The position numbers and the translations under genes are program-made. Below are positions 37,268 through 47,666 of a stretch of 64,000 nt of DNA, piece by piece (position 1 is the first letter of the stretch; every line of letters begins with the position of its first letter). The stretch comes from Bacillota bacterium. GTDB taxonomy: Bacteria; Bacillota; Clostridia; Christensenellales; UBA1242. The DNA is taken from the NCBI GenBank assembly GCA_009780065.1, contig WRAS01000004.1, positions 4,062-68,061 of the forward strand, written 5' to 3'. Below the pieces are notes generated by a model. The model worked only from the letters and a program-made list of their open reading frames with translations. It was not told where the DNA came from and did not search any database.

Positions 37268-38372
37268 TTTCGACCTCCTTTCGTGAGGTTTTTTTCTTTG
37301 ACCTAGCCAGAATTGCGCACAAAAAACTGATAAGCGGAATCAGTATGAATATTGCAGCAATTACAGGTGCCACCGTTATTATGAAATTATCCAAGCGCGT
37401 TTTGGTGTTTAAAACGAACAAAAAGATAAAGTAGAGCGAAATTGCGATTCCAAAACCGATGTAACCGGCACGATGTTTAAGATTGAAGATATAACGTATG
37501 CAAGCAAAGGAGGCGAAAAATGTTACACCAAATCTCAGTAGTAATAACAAGAGCCAAATGCAGATCAGTACCCAGTCTAAGCGTCCGCCTTGGGTTAAAA
37601 ATTTTGTATATATTGCAAGGTTTGCGATTGCGATGCTTTTGTATTCGGCAAGGGGGCCGAATAAACTTTGGAACATGAAAACGAAAAATACGAAAAAAAT
37701 ACCGATGAGGGCTGCTATTGACATGAATTTCTTTTTGAAGTCCTTGTCCAGTTTTATGTCGCCGCTGAAGATTAATAAAAATGCGACGGATTCAAAATAT
37801 ATCAGGTTTCGATATACTGTGTTCAAAATAGGGCCGAATCCGTTTGCGAGAATCGGTGTGACTTCGGCTGGACGCATTTGTGGGATGACGGGCAGGACCG
37901 AGAGTGCCAGTGCGACAATGATTAGTATGTAAAAGACCTCGCCACTGCGAAATATTGCACGTGCGGGTACGAAACAGAATAAAACACCAAATACCAAAAG
38001 AGGTAGAATAAACAGGTGCTTGTTTATGGATGCGAATAGATTTTCGTTTGTGAGGGTAAATGATGTCCACATTAAAATCAACAATTGCAAACCGAGTAGT
38101 AAAAACATCAGCAAAATGATGGACTTTGCACCAACACCTGTTAGCTTGTTTCTTAGGTCGCTGTAAATATCGCTGTCACGACCTTTGACTAGAACATTCA
38201 ATACAAGCCAAATAAGCAACAATTCAATAATGGTTCCAACTAATGCAGAGATCCATGCGTCGTTACCAGCCCCACGCGATAATAGTTGTGGTAATGTCAA
38301 AAATTTAATTGAAAAGGAATAGATGCAAAAGAATATTATCAGTTGTCGGGTGGATATCTTTTTAAGGCCCAT
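37260..38372 (-). CDS. Spore germination protein, GerAB-type permease subunit
   Basis: The ISTRQLIIFF...LPQLL...NDAWISAL N-terminus is typical of GerB-type subunits. About 10 TM segments. Confidence 0.8.
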   Translation of the reverse strand: MGLKKISTRQLIIFFCIYSFSIKFLTLPQLLSRGAGNDAWISALVGTIIELLLIWLVLNVLVKGRDSDIYSDLRNKLTGVGAKSIILLMFLLLGLQLLILMWTSFTLTNENLFASINKHLFILPLLVFGVLFCFVPARAIFRSGEVFYILIIVALALSVLPVIPQMRPAEVTPILANGFGPILNTVYRNLIYFESVAFLLIFSGDIKLDKDFKKKFMSIAALIGIFFVFFVFMFQSLFGPLAEYKSIAIANLAIYTKFLTQGGRLDWVLICIWLLLLLLRFGVTFFASFACIRYIFNLKHRAGYIGFGIAISLYFIFLFVLNTKTRLDNFIITVAPVIAAIFILIPLISFLCAILARSKKKTSRKEVENV

Positions 38373-39823
38373 TATTCACCCCCTGGATTTTTGGCACGTG
38401 TTTTATTTTTATTGGGGAAAGATGTTGGGCGTTTTGTGCGGTCACGGATGTTTTTCATGATGATTGCATCTTGGGAATCGGTTGGACAGTAAGGGGCAAA
38501 TGGGGCAAGTAACGGCGTTCCAAAGTTGTCCAAAGATGCCAGATATATAACAAGTAATATCCCCGCCATAATAAGTCCATACAATCCAAGAATCCCCGCA
38601 ATTATAGTGAAAACAAAACGAAGTAAAGAAATTTGGGGCGCAAGGTTAGGCAGGATGTACATCATAATCATGCTGAGGGCACTGACAAGTACTGCGGGAC
38701 TGCTTAGCAATCCCGCCTCCACCGCCGCACCACCAAGAACCAAGGCTGCGACTAAACTGGTGGCGGCACCTAGGTGACGGGGCATTCGCAAAGATGCCTC
38801 GTACATTATTTCGAATAATATCAGGACTATTAAAACCTCTAGCAAGGGTGAGAATGGCGTGTTTTCAATGCTGTTGGTAACCAGGAATAGTGTATTTAAT
38901 GGCAAAATATTATAATGATAAAGTTGTAATGAAATATAAAGACCCGGAATTGTAATTGCGAATACAGCACCAAGTAATCGAATAAAACGGCGTACGGATA
39001 CAATTGTATTGTTGTTGTAGTAATCGTCGGCGGCCTGGAGATCTTCGAGCAATATGTACGGGACGCTGAGAACAATTGGGCTGCCGTCTACGATGATAAT
39101 TACACGGCCTTCTAGCAATTTGCTTGCGATGACATCGGGTTTTTCGCTGCTGCCGACTTGGCGAAAAATATTGAATGCCTCGGATTGGAGATATTGCATA
39201 ATATAAAAACTGTCCAAGATTCCGTCGATATTAATTGATTTTATATGATCTTCCACATTTTTAACGATGTCGTCATCGGCAATACTTTTGATATACATAA
39301 TTGAAACGTTGGTTTGACTGTATTGTCCGACTTTGTGATTAACCAGTGTCAGATCTGGTGTTTTCAGGCGCTTTCGTATCAATCCGATATTTACAACCAG
39401 GTTTTCTGTGAATCCCTCGCGTGGGCCCATAACGACGCTGTTGGTTGGTGGTTCGGCGACACCACGACCCGGCATTACGGTTGTGTCACAAGAAATATAT
39501 TTTTTTGTGTGACCCTCGACAATTACTATGGTTTTTCCGTTTAGTAATTCGGTAATGATGTCTTCGTATTTTTCCTTGATTTCGAAAAAACAGGTACTGG
39601 AAATTGCCTTTGTAATAAAATCTAGATTTTCTTTGCCCTTGGCATCTTGAAGACGGGAGAGTGGGTTAATAATTTCCAGTGCAACACGTCCGCCACCTGC
39701 AATGGTATCAATGAAAAAAGCCACGGCGGGTATTTTACCTGCAATCAAAAAATCCCGTGCTTTTAAATCAAATGGCTCGGTAAAGTCAGTTAGGACCTTT
39801 TTTTTAAATGCCTCTAATTTCAT
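38372..39823 (-). CDS. Spore germination protein, GerAA-type subunit
   Basis: GerA-family layout: a soluble N-domain plus a C-terminal TM bundle. First gene of the tricistronic operon. Confidence 0.88.
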   Translation of the reverse strand: MKLEAFKKKVLTDFTEPFDLKARDFLIAGKIPAVAFFIDTIAGGGRVALEIINPLSRLQDAKGKENLDFITKAISSTCFFEIKEKYEDIITELLNGKTIVIVEGHTKKYISCDTTVMPGRGVAEPPTNSVVMGPREGFTENLVVNIGLIRKRLKTPDLTLVNHKVGQYSQTNVSIMYIKSIADDDIVKNVEDHIKSINIDGILDSFYIMQYLQSEAFNIFRQVGSSEKPDVIASKLLEGRVIIIVDGSPIVLSVPYILLEDLQAADDYYNNNTIVSVRRFIRLLGAVFAITIPGLYISLQLYHYNILPLNTLFLVTNSIENTPFSPLLEVLIVLILFEIMYEASLRMPRHLGAATSLVAALVLGGAAVEAGLLSSPAVLVSALSMIMMYILPNLAPQISLLRFVFTIIAGILGLYGLIMAGILLVIYLASLDNFGTPLLAPFAPYCPTDSQDAIIMKNIRDRTKRPTSFPNKNKTRAKNPGGE

Positions 39824-39874
39824 TGGGTTAGTATTAGAAAAATTATCGCAAAATATTACCGTGGGTATTATTTT

Positions 39875-39956
39875 TACTTTTTGCTTGTGGCGCTAAAAGT
39901 AACAAAAAAGCCATTGGGGGTTGCGATTCCCCCCAAACCCCCACAAACGCTTTTTG
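39875..39956 (+). repeat. C/G-tract intergenic repeat, copy A (G-arm and C-arm adjacent, forming a hairpin)
   Basis: GTGGCGCTAAAAGTAACAAAAAAGCCATTGGGGGTTGCGATTCCCCCCAAACCCCCACAAACGCTTT. Copies also at 53513.. and 55694.. Confidence 0.7.
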
Positions 39957-39991
39957 ATAAAATATATTTTTGTGCAGGTCGGTGTTAATGG

Positions 39992-40021
39992 TGTACAAAT
40001 CTGGTTAATTTAGGCTATACT
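39992..40021 (+). promoter_or_regulatory. Leaderless promoter of hisS (TGTACA-18-TATACT-6-ATG)
   Basis: Counted directly. No SD. Confidence 0.5.
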
Positions 40022-40027
40022 GGATGT

Positions 40028-41281
40028 ATGGAAAAATTTAAACCAACGAATATAAAGGGTGCGTCTGATATGTTGCCCCAGGTGCAAATGTTGCGTAACA
40101 GGGTGACGGGTGTGCTAAGGAAAAATTTTGAAAATTATGGATATGCACCGATAGAAACGGCTATGGTTAATTATTTGGAAGTTCTTTCGTACAAATATGA
40201 TGAAAACGCGGAAATCGTACGCGAAATATATAAAATCAAGGATCAGGGCGAACGTGATTTGGGTCTGCGTTTTGATTTAACCGTGCCGTTTGCAAAATTT
40301 ATTGCAACCAACAGAAATCTTAAAATGCCATTTCGACGTTATGAAATTGGCAAGGTCTGGCGTAATGGTCCGGTCAAGGCGGGAAGGTTGCGTGAGTTTT
40401 ATCAATGTGATATCGATGTAGTTGGGACAAAAGGTCAGGTCGTTGAGGCTGAGATTATCGCACTTGGGATAAAATGTTATTTGGAACTTGGGATTGTGCC
40501 TGTGGTTAAATATGGGAATCGGAATTTATTGGTGGAGATTATTGCGGGCGTTGTTAATGTCGGCAATAATATGGATAAGGTTATAGGTGTTATTGACAGG
40601 CTTGAAAAATTGTCGAAAGAGGAGTTTCTTTCGGAGCTTTCAAAGTTTATGACCAAAAAACAATCCGAGGAATTATTAGATAAACTTGGCAAGGGTAAAA
40701 AGAATGCAGAAGTTTTGGTGTTAGAAGATGCATTAAATAACTTTGGCGTGTTGGAATATTGTGTGTTTTCGCCGTCACTTGCGCGTGGGTTGAATGTATA
40801 TACAAGTACGGTGTGGGAGGTCTATGACAAAGCGGGTCGGATTGCATCATCAATTGGTGGTGGTGGGAGATACGACAAAATTATAACGAATTGGATTGAC
40901 AATGGTTTGGAATATCCTGCGGTCGGGATGACATTTGGATTGGAACCTGTTATGCATTTGTTGTCAATGAACGAAAACCAGAATGAAGCAAGTTACGTCG
41001 ATATAATGGTCGTGTCAATGCAGGAAAGTGGCAAGGTCTTGGTTGGGGCGAATAAACTTGCCGATGGATTGCGTGCGGAGGGTGTAAAGATACTGTTGTG
41101 GACAGGTGGAAAGGTTGGGCGTGCCATGGAGTATGCGGACAAGGAAAACATTTCACATGTGATTGTAATTGGTGAAAAAGAGGTTGAAAATAAAAAGATA
41201 GTCATCAAAGATATGAAGGATGGAAAGGAAAAATCATTCGGGATTGGTGAATTGGCAAAAATTGCAAAAGAGACAAAGTAA
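40028..41281 (+). CDS. hisS: Histidine--tRNA ligase
   Basis: Class II motifs (RYEIGKVWRNGPVKAGRLREFYQCD, GGGGRYD) plus a C-terminal anticodon-binding domain. Confidence 0.9.
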   Translation: MEKFKPTNIKGASDMLPQVQMLRNRVTGVLRKNFENYGYAPIETAMVNYLEVLSYKYDENAEIVREIYKIKDQGERDLGLRFDLTVPFAKFIATNRNLKMPFRRYEIGKVWRNGPVKAGRLREFYQCDIDVVGTKGQVVEAEIIALGIKCYLELGIVPVVKYGNRNLLVEIIAGVVNVGNNMDKVIGVIDRLEKLSKEEFLSELSKFMTKKQSEELLDKLGKGKKNAEVLVLEDALNNFGVLEYCVFSPSLARGLNVYTSTVWEVYDKAGRIASSIGGGGRYDKIITNWIDNGLEYPAVGMTFGLEPVMHLLSMNENQNEASYVDIMVVSMQESGKVLVGANKLADGLRAEGVKILLWTGGKVGRAMEYADKENISHVIVIGEKEVENKKIVIKDMKDGKEKSFGIGELAKIAKETK

Positions 41282-41287
41282 ACAATG

Positions 41288-41809
41288 TTAATCTTTTTTC
41301 CACATTATTTCGCTGTAAGTTATTTTTTTTATAAAATTTGAAATTGCTTCGCGTCTATCTGCGAACATTTTTTCTGGTAAATCATTAATGTCAAACCATT
41401 CAATACATTTGACCTTGTCACATTCACATACTTTGGGTGTGCCTTTGAATTTTTTAACAAAGAAATGGGCATTAACGAATTGTGGGCATGACTTATCTTC
41501 ATTATTGTAATTACCAACGTGAATTATTGTTGTGAACAAGATATCTTTATCATCAAATTGGATTCCGATTTCTTCTCTGCATTCGCGTTTTGCCGCAGTT
41601 GTAAAAGATTCTAGCTCATCGCAATGTCCTGCACTGGAACAGTCCCATGATCCGTTACCAATTTTGCCAGATCGTAATTGTAGCAGAACTTGGGTTCTAC
41701 CCTTATATGTTCGCAATAAATATACTTGGCTGGCGGTTCTTGAATAGAAATATTTACCGTCTGTAAGTCCCATAGGATGATCGTTGATAATAACATGTCT
41801 CATGTTCAA
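41288..41809 (-). CDS. NUDIX hydrolase
   Basis: Nudix box GHCDELESFTTAAKRECREEIGI. Confidence 0.75.
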   Translation of the reverse strand: MNMRHVIINDHPMGLTDGKYFYSRTASQVYLLRTYKGRTQVLLQLRSGKIGNGSWDCSSAGHCDELESFTTAAKRECREEIGIQFDDKDILFTTIIHVGNYNNEDKSCPQFVNAHFFVKKFKGTPKVCECDKVKCIEWFDINDLPEKMFADRREAISNFIKKITYSEIMWKKD

Positions 41810-41871
41810 ATTTTATCATAAAGCACTGCGCAAATATATTGATTTTTTTCTGTTACGTGATAAAATGGCTT

Positions 41872-42861
41872 ATGAAAAAAACTATATTAACAGGTGTTAA
41901 ATCGACGGGGATTCCGCATGTGGGGAATTATTTTGGCTCGTTCAAACCATCTATCGAGGGCGCTAAGGCGGCAAATATGCGTTCGTTTCTTTTTATTGCG
42001 GATTATCATGCATTAACCACGGTGAAATGTGCCGCCGAAATGAAAGAGAATGTTAACGAGATTGCATGTACATGGCTTGCGTGTGGGTTGGACTTGAAAA
42101 AAACCGCATTTTATCGACAAAGTGATGTGCCACAGATTTTTGAACTGGCTATTATTTTGTCTAATGTAACGCCAAAAGGTTTGATGAATAGGTCGCACGC
42201 GTACAAAGCGGTTGTACAGGATGCGGTGGATGCAGGCAAAGACCCAGACGTGGATGTCAATATGGGATTGTTTTGTTATCCGATTTTGATGAGTGCGGAT
42301 ATTTTGGCATTTGATACGAACTTTGTTCCGGTGGGACAAGACCAGAAACAGCATGTGGAAATTGCCCAAGCAATTGCACGTTCTTTTAATGCAATTTATG
42401 GTTCTGTTTTAGTGGTGCCGGAGCCAAAGATAACAAAAGATCAGGCCACGATTCCAGGTCTGGATGGCAGAAAAATGAGCAAAAGTTATGGCAATCAAAT
42501 ACCAATGTTTGCCCCAGAAGGCGAGTTAAAAAAATACATAATGAAAATTGTAACTGATTCAAGTTTGCCAACAGATCCAAAATCAACAGATTGCGTCATA
42601 TTTGATTTGTATAAACTATTTGCAACAGATGATGAAGTTCACGTAATGAAGTCAAAATTTGAAAATGGAATTGGTTGGGGCGAGGTTAAGAATGAACTGT
42701 TTCGTGTTGCGAATCGCACATTGACACCATTGCGTGAAAAATATAATTACTTTAAATCAAATCCAGAAATAGTGGAGCAATTGTTGCAGGATGGGGCAAA
42801 AAAAGCACGTAAAGTGGCACAAAAGACGTTGGATCGGATACGAAAAAGTATAATGGGGTAA
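41872..42861 (+). CDS. trpS: Tryptophan--tRNA ligase
   Basis: GIPHVGNYFG (HIGH-like) and KMSKS. Start set at MKKTILTG, 5 nt after TGaTAAAAT. Confidence 0.92.
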   Translation: MKKTILTGVKSTGIPHVGNYFGSFKPSIEGAKAANMRSFLFIADYHALTTVKCAAEMKENVNEIACTWLACGLDLKKTAFYRQSDVPQIFELAIILSNVTPKGLMNRSHAYKAVVQDAVDAGKDPDVDVNMGLFCYPILMSADILAFDTNFVPVGQDQKQHVEIAQAIARSFNAIYGSVLVVPEPKITKDQATIPGLDGRKMSKSYGNQIPMFAPEGELKKYIMKIVTDSSLPTDPKSTDCVIFDLYKLFATDDEVHVMKSKFENGIGWGEVKNELFRVANRTLTPLREKYNYFKSNPEIVEQLLQDGAKKARKVAQKTLDRIRKSIMG

Positions 42862-42865
42862 TGCG

Positions 42866-43336
42866 ATGAAGATTGTTGCGAATAATAAAAAGGCATACTT
42901 CAATTACTTTATTGAGGATAAGGAAGAGTCTGGTATTGAATTGCTTGGGTGGGAGGTCAAATCTGCACGTGCGGGTAAAGTTAGTTTAGTAGATTCTTTT
43001 GTTTTCTTTGGTCGTGAAAAAGGTGAAAAAGAGGGCAATATTCAAGCGTGGTTGAAGAATGCGCATTTTTCACCGTTCGAGCATGGTGTGGTTAAAGACC
43101 AAGAGGTTAGGCGTGATAGGCGGTTGTTATTGCGTCGTGCACAAATTGAAAAGTTCTATCGGGCGGTAATGACAAAGGGTGTTACGTGCGTTGTGACAAA
43201 ACTATATTTTAGCAAGGGCGGATATTTAAAGGCCGAGATTGCACTTGCGCGCGGAAAACAGTTGCATGACAAGAAACAGGTAATCAAAGAACGTGATCTG
43301 AACAGAGAAGCGGAAAGGGAAATAAGGGGAAAATAG
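42866..43336 (+). CDS. smpB: SsrA-binding protein
   Basis: NKKAYFNYFIEDK...GIELLGWEVKS pattern. Confidence 0.92.
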   Translation: MKIVANNKKAYFNYFIEDKEESGIELLGWEVKSARAGKVSLVDSFVFFGREKGEKEGNIQAWLKNAHFSPFEHGVVKDQEVRRDRRLLLRRAQIEKFYRAVMTKGVTCVVTKLYFSKGGYLKAEIALARGKQLHDKKQVIKERDLNREAEREIRGK

Positions 43337-44976
43337 TGGAGCCAAAAGAACATTTAAAAAAGTTAATCCGCGTGGCACGTGGTTTGGAAAAAGCGGACTT
43401 GGTATTGAAGGGAGGAATGGTTGTGGATGTTTTTGGCGGCAAATGGATTAAGAATGATATTGCAATTGTAAATGGAATAATCGCAGGCGTGGGAAGTTAC
43501 AGTGGTGTAGAAGAAATTGATGTGTGCGGAAAATATATAACACCAGGTTTGATTGATACACATGTGCATCCGGAAAGCAGCAAGTTGTCGCCGCAACGTT
43601 ATGCGGAATTGGTGCTTTCACACGGTACAACAGTGATAATTGCGGATCCGCATGAAATTGCAAATGTTATGGGCATTGCGGGTGTGGAATACATGGCGGA
43701 GGAGTTTGCAAAGACCCAATTAGATGCGCGGATTATGTTGCCGTCATGTGTGCCGGCAACAACCTTTGAAACCAGCGGTGCCACAATTAATCCAAAGGAA
43801 ATTTCACAACACATTAAAAAATGCTATGGCTTGGGCGAATTTATGAATTATCCAGGTGTATTGAATTGTGATGATGAATGCCTTGATAAAATTTTGGCTG
43901 CGTGGTATGAGGACAAAAGAATTGATGGGCATATGTTTGGTGTGGATGAAAAGGATCTTAACGGATACTTTGTAGCGGGGATGCGAACGAATCATGAGTG
44001 CACGACAGTTGCGGAGTCCCTTGCGAACATTCAACGGGGTTGCTATGTGCAACTTAGGATGGGGAGTTATACCCAGAACTTTGCCGAAATGGTAGGTGCG
44101 GTGAATTCAAAGAATTTGCACAGATTCACATTTTGCAGCGATGATAAATCCGGGCACGATATATTGGCGCGTGGGCATATAAACGAAAATATGCGTCTGG
44201 CGGTTGGGGCAGGGATGGAGGCAATTGATGCGGTGACCATTGCAACATTGAATGCGGCGCAATGTTATGGTATTGGAAGAATGGGCGCAATTGCGCCGAG
44301 TTATATCGCGAACTTGGTAGTGTTTGACGATGTGGTGGATTTCAGGGTGAATCGGGTATTTGTACAAGGTAAAAGGGTAGAAAAATCCGATAAGTCAAAT
44401 ACAAAAAAGCCAACCAGTACAATCAAAATAAAACCAATAAGTGCCAAATCATTTAAAGATGTAAGAAAGGATATTGCGATAAATTTCATAAAAGGCAGTT
44501 TGGTTACCGAACGTGGTATAGTTGGCAAAGATTCTAATAAATTGGCGGTTGTTGAACGGCACAAGGGAACAGGGAATATTGGACTTTGTTACATAAATGG
44601 ATTTAATTTGAAACGTGGTGCGATTGCCCAGACAATTGCGCACGATTCACATAATATTGTTGTGCTGGGCGCAAATAACAGCGATATGGCGATTGCGGTT
44701 AATGAACTTGCACATGTTGGGGGCGGGATAACGGTGGTGCAGGATGGTAAGGTTATAAAGATACTTGCGTTGCCGATTGCGGGGTTAATGGCGGATATTG
44801 ATGCGGAAGAATTGGCGACACATTTAAAAGAGTTGGAACTTGCAACACAAAAACTTGGGATGGATAGTGACTTTAATCCGTTTGTTTCTTTGTCATTTAT
44901 ATCATTACCTGTGATTCCATGGCTGAAATTAACGGACAAAGGTCTGTTTTGCGGTGAAAAGTTTGAAATCATCTAA
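43336..44976 (+). CDS. ade: Adenine deaminase
   Basis: Amidohydrolase GLIDTHVHPESS motif. Size and layout match Ade. GTG start overlaps the smpB stop by 1 nt. Confidence 0.85.
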   Translation: MEPKEHLKKLIRVARGLEKADLVLKGGMVVDVFGGKWIKNDIAIVNGIIAGVGSYSGVEEIDVCGKYITPGLIDTHVHPESSKLSPQRYAELVLSHGTTVIIADPHEIANVMGIAGVEYMAEEFAKTQLDARIMLPSCVPATTFETSGATINPKEISQHIKKCYGLGEFMNYPGVLNCDDECLDKILAAWYEDKRIDGHMFGVDEKDLNGYFVAGMRTNHECTTVAESLANIQRGCYVQLRMGSYTQNFAEMVGAVNSKNLHRFTFCSDDKSGHDILARGHINENMRLAVGAGMEAIDAVTIATLNAAQCYGIGRMGAIAPSYIANLVVFDDVVDFRVNRVFVQGKRVEKSDKSNTKKPTSTIKIKPISAKSFKDVRKDIAINFIKGSLVTERGIVGKDSNKLAVVERHKGTGNIGLCYINGFNLKRGAIAQTIAHDSHNIVVLGANNSDMAIAVNELAHVGGGITVVQDGKVIKILALPIAGLMADIDAEELATHLKELELATQKLGMDSDFNPFVSLSFISLPVIPWLKLTDKGLFCGEKFEII

Positions 44977-45017
44977 AAATGGTTGCATAAGCAATAATTT
45001 TGTAGTATAAATAGTGC

Positions 45018-45464
45018 ATGGATATTTGGATTATTATGCTTATTGTATGGGTGGCTGTAATTGTGCTGTCCATTATTGTAGAGGCTTTTACATACGAGAT
45101 GGTTGCGCTATGGTTTATACCAGCGGCCATACCACCATTGATTATGTCAATTGTGGATGTTGGTATGTGGTGGCAAATTGGAACATTTGTGGTGCTGTCT
45201 TTCCTGTGCATTATTTCATTGCGACCTATTTTGAAAAGGTATCTTATAAAGGAAACTGTGCATACTAATATAACGGATTCTAACTTTGGTAAGAAAGTTC
45301 GTCTTACAAGCGAAGTTGTGGACGGAAATACACTTATTGAATTGAATGGTGTTACATGGAAGGCAAGAGTAGTAGAGGGCGAAGGGTTGGAAAAAGATTC
45401 GTTTGTGGAAATTGTTGGATCCGAGAGTAACGAATTCTTGGTAAAAGCGATTAATAAAAGCTAA
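45018..45464 (+). CDS. NfeD-family membrane protein
   Basis: TM N-half plus a C-terminal OB-like domain (WKARVVEGEGL). Precedes an SPFH gene. Confidence 0.75.
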   Translation: MDIWIIMLIVWVAVIVLSIIVEAFTYEMVALWFIPAAIPPLIMSIVDVGMWWQIGTFVVLSFLCIISLRPILKRYLIKETVHTNITDSNFGKKVRLTSEVVDGNTLIELNGVTWKARVVEGEGLEKDSFVEIVGSESNEFLVKAINKS

Positions 45465-45502
45465 GATGCTTTTTTAATAAAAAATTAGGAGGACAAATTA
45501 AC

Positions 45503-46387
45503 ATGATGGGTGGGATTATTGCTGGATTGGTGATTCTTGGTGTATTGATTATCGTCATCGGGATGAACGTCAGAATTGTTGAGCAAGGTATGGCACAAGT
45601 TGTGCAAAGGTTGGGAAAGTATCGTAAAACATTGGAGACTGGTTTTCACATTATTATGCCTTTCTTTGATAGAACAAGGGCAAAGATTTCGCTGAAGGAA
45701 CAGGTTGCAGATTTCCGTCCAAGTGAAGTTATTACAAAAGATAACGTTAAAATGATGATTGACAGTGTTGTTTTCTTTCAAATCGTGGATCCACGTCTTT
45801 ACACATACGGTATTGAAAGACCGATGCAGGCTATTGAAAACCTTACTGCTACAACACTAAGGAACATTGTTGGTGAGTTGGAATTGGATGAAACACTTAC
45901 TTCACGTGAAACTGTTAACGCAAAAATGCGTAATATCATTGATGATGCAACCAACCCATGGGGTATCAAGGTTCACCGTGTTGAACTGAGAAACATTCTT
46001 CCGCCACCTGCTATCCAAGAAAGTATGGAAAAGCAAATGCGTGCAGAACGTGAAAGAAGACAAACAATTCTTCAGGCTGAGGGTGAAAAGCGTAGTAACA
46101 TTCTGGTCGCCGAGGGTGAGAAGCAAGCCGCGATTCTTAGGGCTGAGGCACGTAAGATTGCATTGCTGACAGAGGCCGAGGGTCAAGCAGAGGCTATTAA
46201 GAAAATTATTTCTGCAAAGCCGGATGCAGCATACTTGACACTTCAGGGGTTCGAGGCCGCAAAAGCACTTGCAGCGGGTGAAGCCACAACAATTATCGTG
46301 CCAAGTGAATTACAGAACGTCGCAACAATGTTCACCACCATGAGCGAAATCATGAACAAAAAAGGCGTAGGCACACCAAAGAAGTAA
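45503..46387 (+). CDS. SPFH/band-7 (stomatin-like) protein
   Basis: The RIVEQGMAQVVQRLGKY, TKDNV and coiled-coil AEGEKQAAILRAEA patterns. Confidence 0.88.
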   Translation: MMGGIIAGLVILGVLIIVIGMNVRIVEQGMAQVVQRLGKYRKTLETGFHIIMPFFDRTRAKISLKEQVADFRPSEVITKDNVKMMIDSVVFFQIVDPRLYTYGIERPMQAIENLTATTLRNIVGELELDETLTSRETVNAKMRNIIDDATNPWGIKVHRVELRNILPPPAIQESMEKQMRAERERRQTILQAEGEKRSNILVAEGEKQAAILRAEARKIALLTEAEGQAEAIKKIISAKPDAAYLTLQGFEAAKALAAGEATTIIVPSELQNVATMFTTMSEIMNKKGVGTPKK

Positions 46388-46403
46388 GTTTTGATTTAAA
46401 TTT

Positions 46404-46429
46404 AAAAAGCAGGGAAACCTGCTTTTTTT
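46404..46429 (+). terminator. Intrinsic terminator
   Basis: AAAAAGCAGGGAAACCTGCTTTTTTT. Confidence 0.8.
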
Positions 46430-46472
46430 GTAGAAAGAATGATAGTTTGAAGATATCATTGATGGATATGGG

Positions 46473-46679
46473 TTATATATCTTCTTCACCCAATAGATAA
46501 CTTACGCTTACTCCGAAATAGCGTGCGATTTTGACCAGCATTTCTTGGCTGGGTTCGCTTCTGCCGCTTTCGTAAGCCCTGTAAGTACCCTCTGCGATGC
46601 CAAGAAATTTTGCAACGGTTGTCTTTGCAAGTTCCTTTTCCTCTCGTAGTGTTTTTAATCGTCTTTCGAATATTTTCAT
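46473..46679 (-). CDS. XRE-family HTH regulator (68 aa)
   Basis: LAKTTVAKFLGIAEGTYRAYESGRSEP HTH segment. Confidence 0.7.
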   Translation of the reverse strand: MKIFERRLKTLREEKELAKTTVAKFLGIAEGTYRAYESGRSEPSQEMLVKIARYFGVSVSYLLGEEDI

Positions 46680-46686
46680 ATTGACA

Positions 46687-46735
46687 TCGTACAGTCTTTA
46701 CGATATGCTTTAAAATATTCGTGAAGACTGTACGA
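46687..46735. promoter_or_regulatory. Long inverted repeat/operator at the XRE promoter
   Basis: TCGTACAGTCTT (46687-46698) and its exact reverse complement AAGACTGTACGA (46724-46735). Overlaps a plus-strand TTGACA-17-TATGCT promoter. Confidence 0.5.
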
Positions 46736-46952
46736 ATCTGAAGGAAGTGAAAATGGAAATTCAAAAAGAAAAACAAGACTAAGATTACAGTGAAAGTAAA
46801 CAAGAATTGATAACAAAGATTTTAAGTTATATGGAGATAATCGAAGACACATTCTCCAAGATAAAAATTGCGCTATATGATTTTCAAGAAATTATTGAGA
46901 ATTAATTGATACTTGCATTTGGACTTATTTAGTTTACGTGTTATATTAACCT

Positions 46953-47618
46953 GTGGAACGACACAGGAAGAAACATGATGAAAAATTGGAGAGACTTTAT
47001 AGTAAAAAGATAAAGTGTCCGTATTGTCGTGCCTATATCAGAAAATACACAAAAAAATGTTTACAATGTGGAATAACAAAAGAACAAATTAGGCATGCCA
47101 GCAATAAAGAAGCCAAGAAAATAATTAAAGGACAGGCCGAGGGTCGTGTGTTGAAAACCCGTGTGCGCCCCGATGATGTGAATTTTACGCGGATGATTAT
47201 GTTTGTGGTGTTTCTTGGTTTATTTGGGGCGCATTGTTTTTATGTTGGGAGACGGATACGTGGTTGGATTGTTCTTGGTGGGTTTATTATATTTATGTTG
47301 TCGGCAATTATATTCCCATTTGGAACACCGGATGCGGGATTTAGTGACATGCATCCACTGCGTCAACAATTTGATAATATGCGAATTTGGTTTCCGTTGG
47401 ATATACCCGGGTTACTTGCGGTTTTCATTTGGGTTTACGATTGGGTGGCGGTTGTAATAACGCAAAGATTCAAATATCCAGTGAGATTGCCAAAGGTCTT
47501 GGAAATGAAGGAAAAGAATGCAGATACTGAGGATGGGAAGAGAAAGTCCATCACGGGTGGTGCAGGAAAGCAAGAAAAAGCAAAATCTGTTGTGGCGGAA
47601 AAAGAGAATAGTGCGTGA
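46953..47618 (+). CDS. Zn-ribbon plus TM2-domain membrane protein
   Basis: CPYC...CLQC ribbon. FLGLFGAHCFYVGRRIRGW is typical of the TM2 domain. GTG start 5 nt after TGtTATATT. Confidence 0.65.
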   Translation: MERHRKKHDEKLERLYSKKIKCPYCRAYIRKYTKKCLQCGITKEQIRHASNKEAKKIIKGQAEGRVLKTRVRPDDVNFTRMIMFVVFLGLFGAHCFYVGRRIRGWIVLGGFIIFMLSAIIFPFGTPDAGFSDMHPLRQQFDNMRIWFPLDIPGLLAVFIWVYDWVAVVITQRFKYPVRLPKVLEMKEKNADTEDGKRKSITGGAGKQEKAKSVVAEKENSA

Positions 47619-47666
47619 AAAAAAAATCAAGTGTTTTCGATTAAGGCGCTTGTGCTATACTTAGGA

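Noticed and set aside
39824-40027. T-box leader upstream of hisS (likewise for pheS at 55557-55856, trpS, metG and proS)
   Set aside because: No GGGTGGTACCGCG-like T-box sequence is present. A -10 box sits 5-7 nt from each ATG, so there is no room for a leader.
42866-43336. tmRNA (ssrA) expected near smpB
   Set aside because: smpB is flanked directly by trpS and the adenine deaminase gene, which overlaps it by 1 nt. No intergenic space or tRNA-like 3' end (…TCCACCA) was seen.
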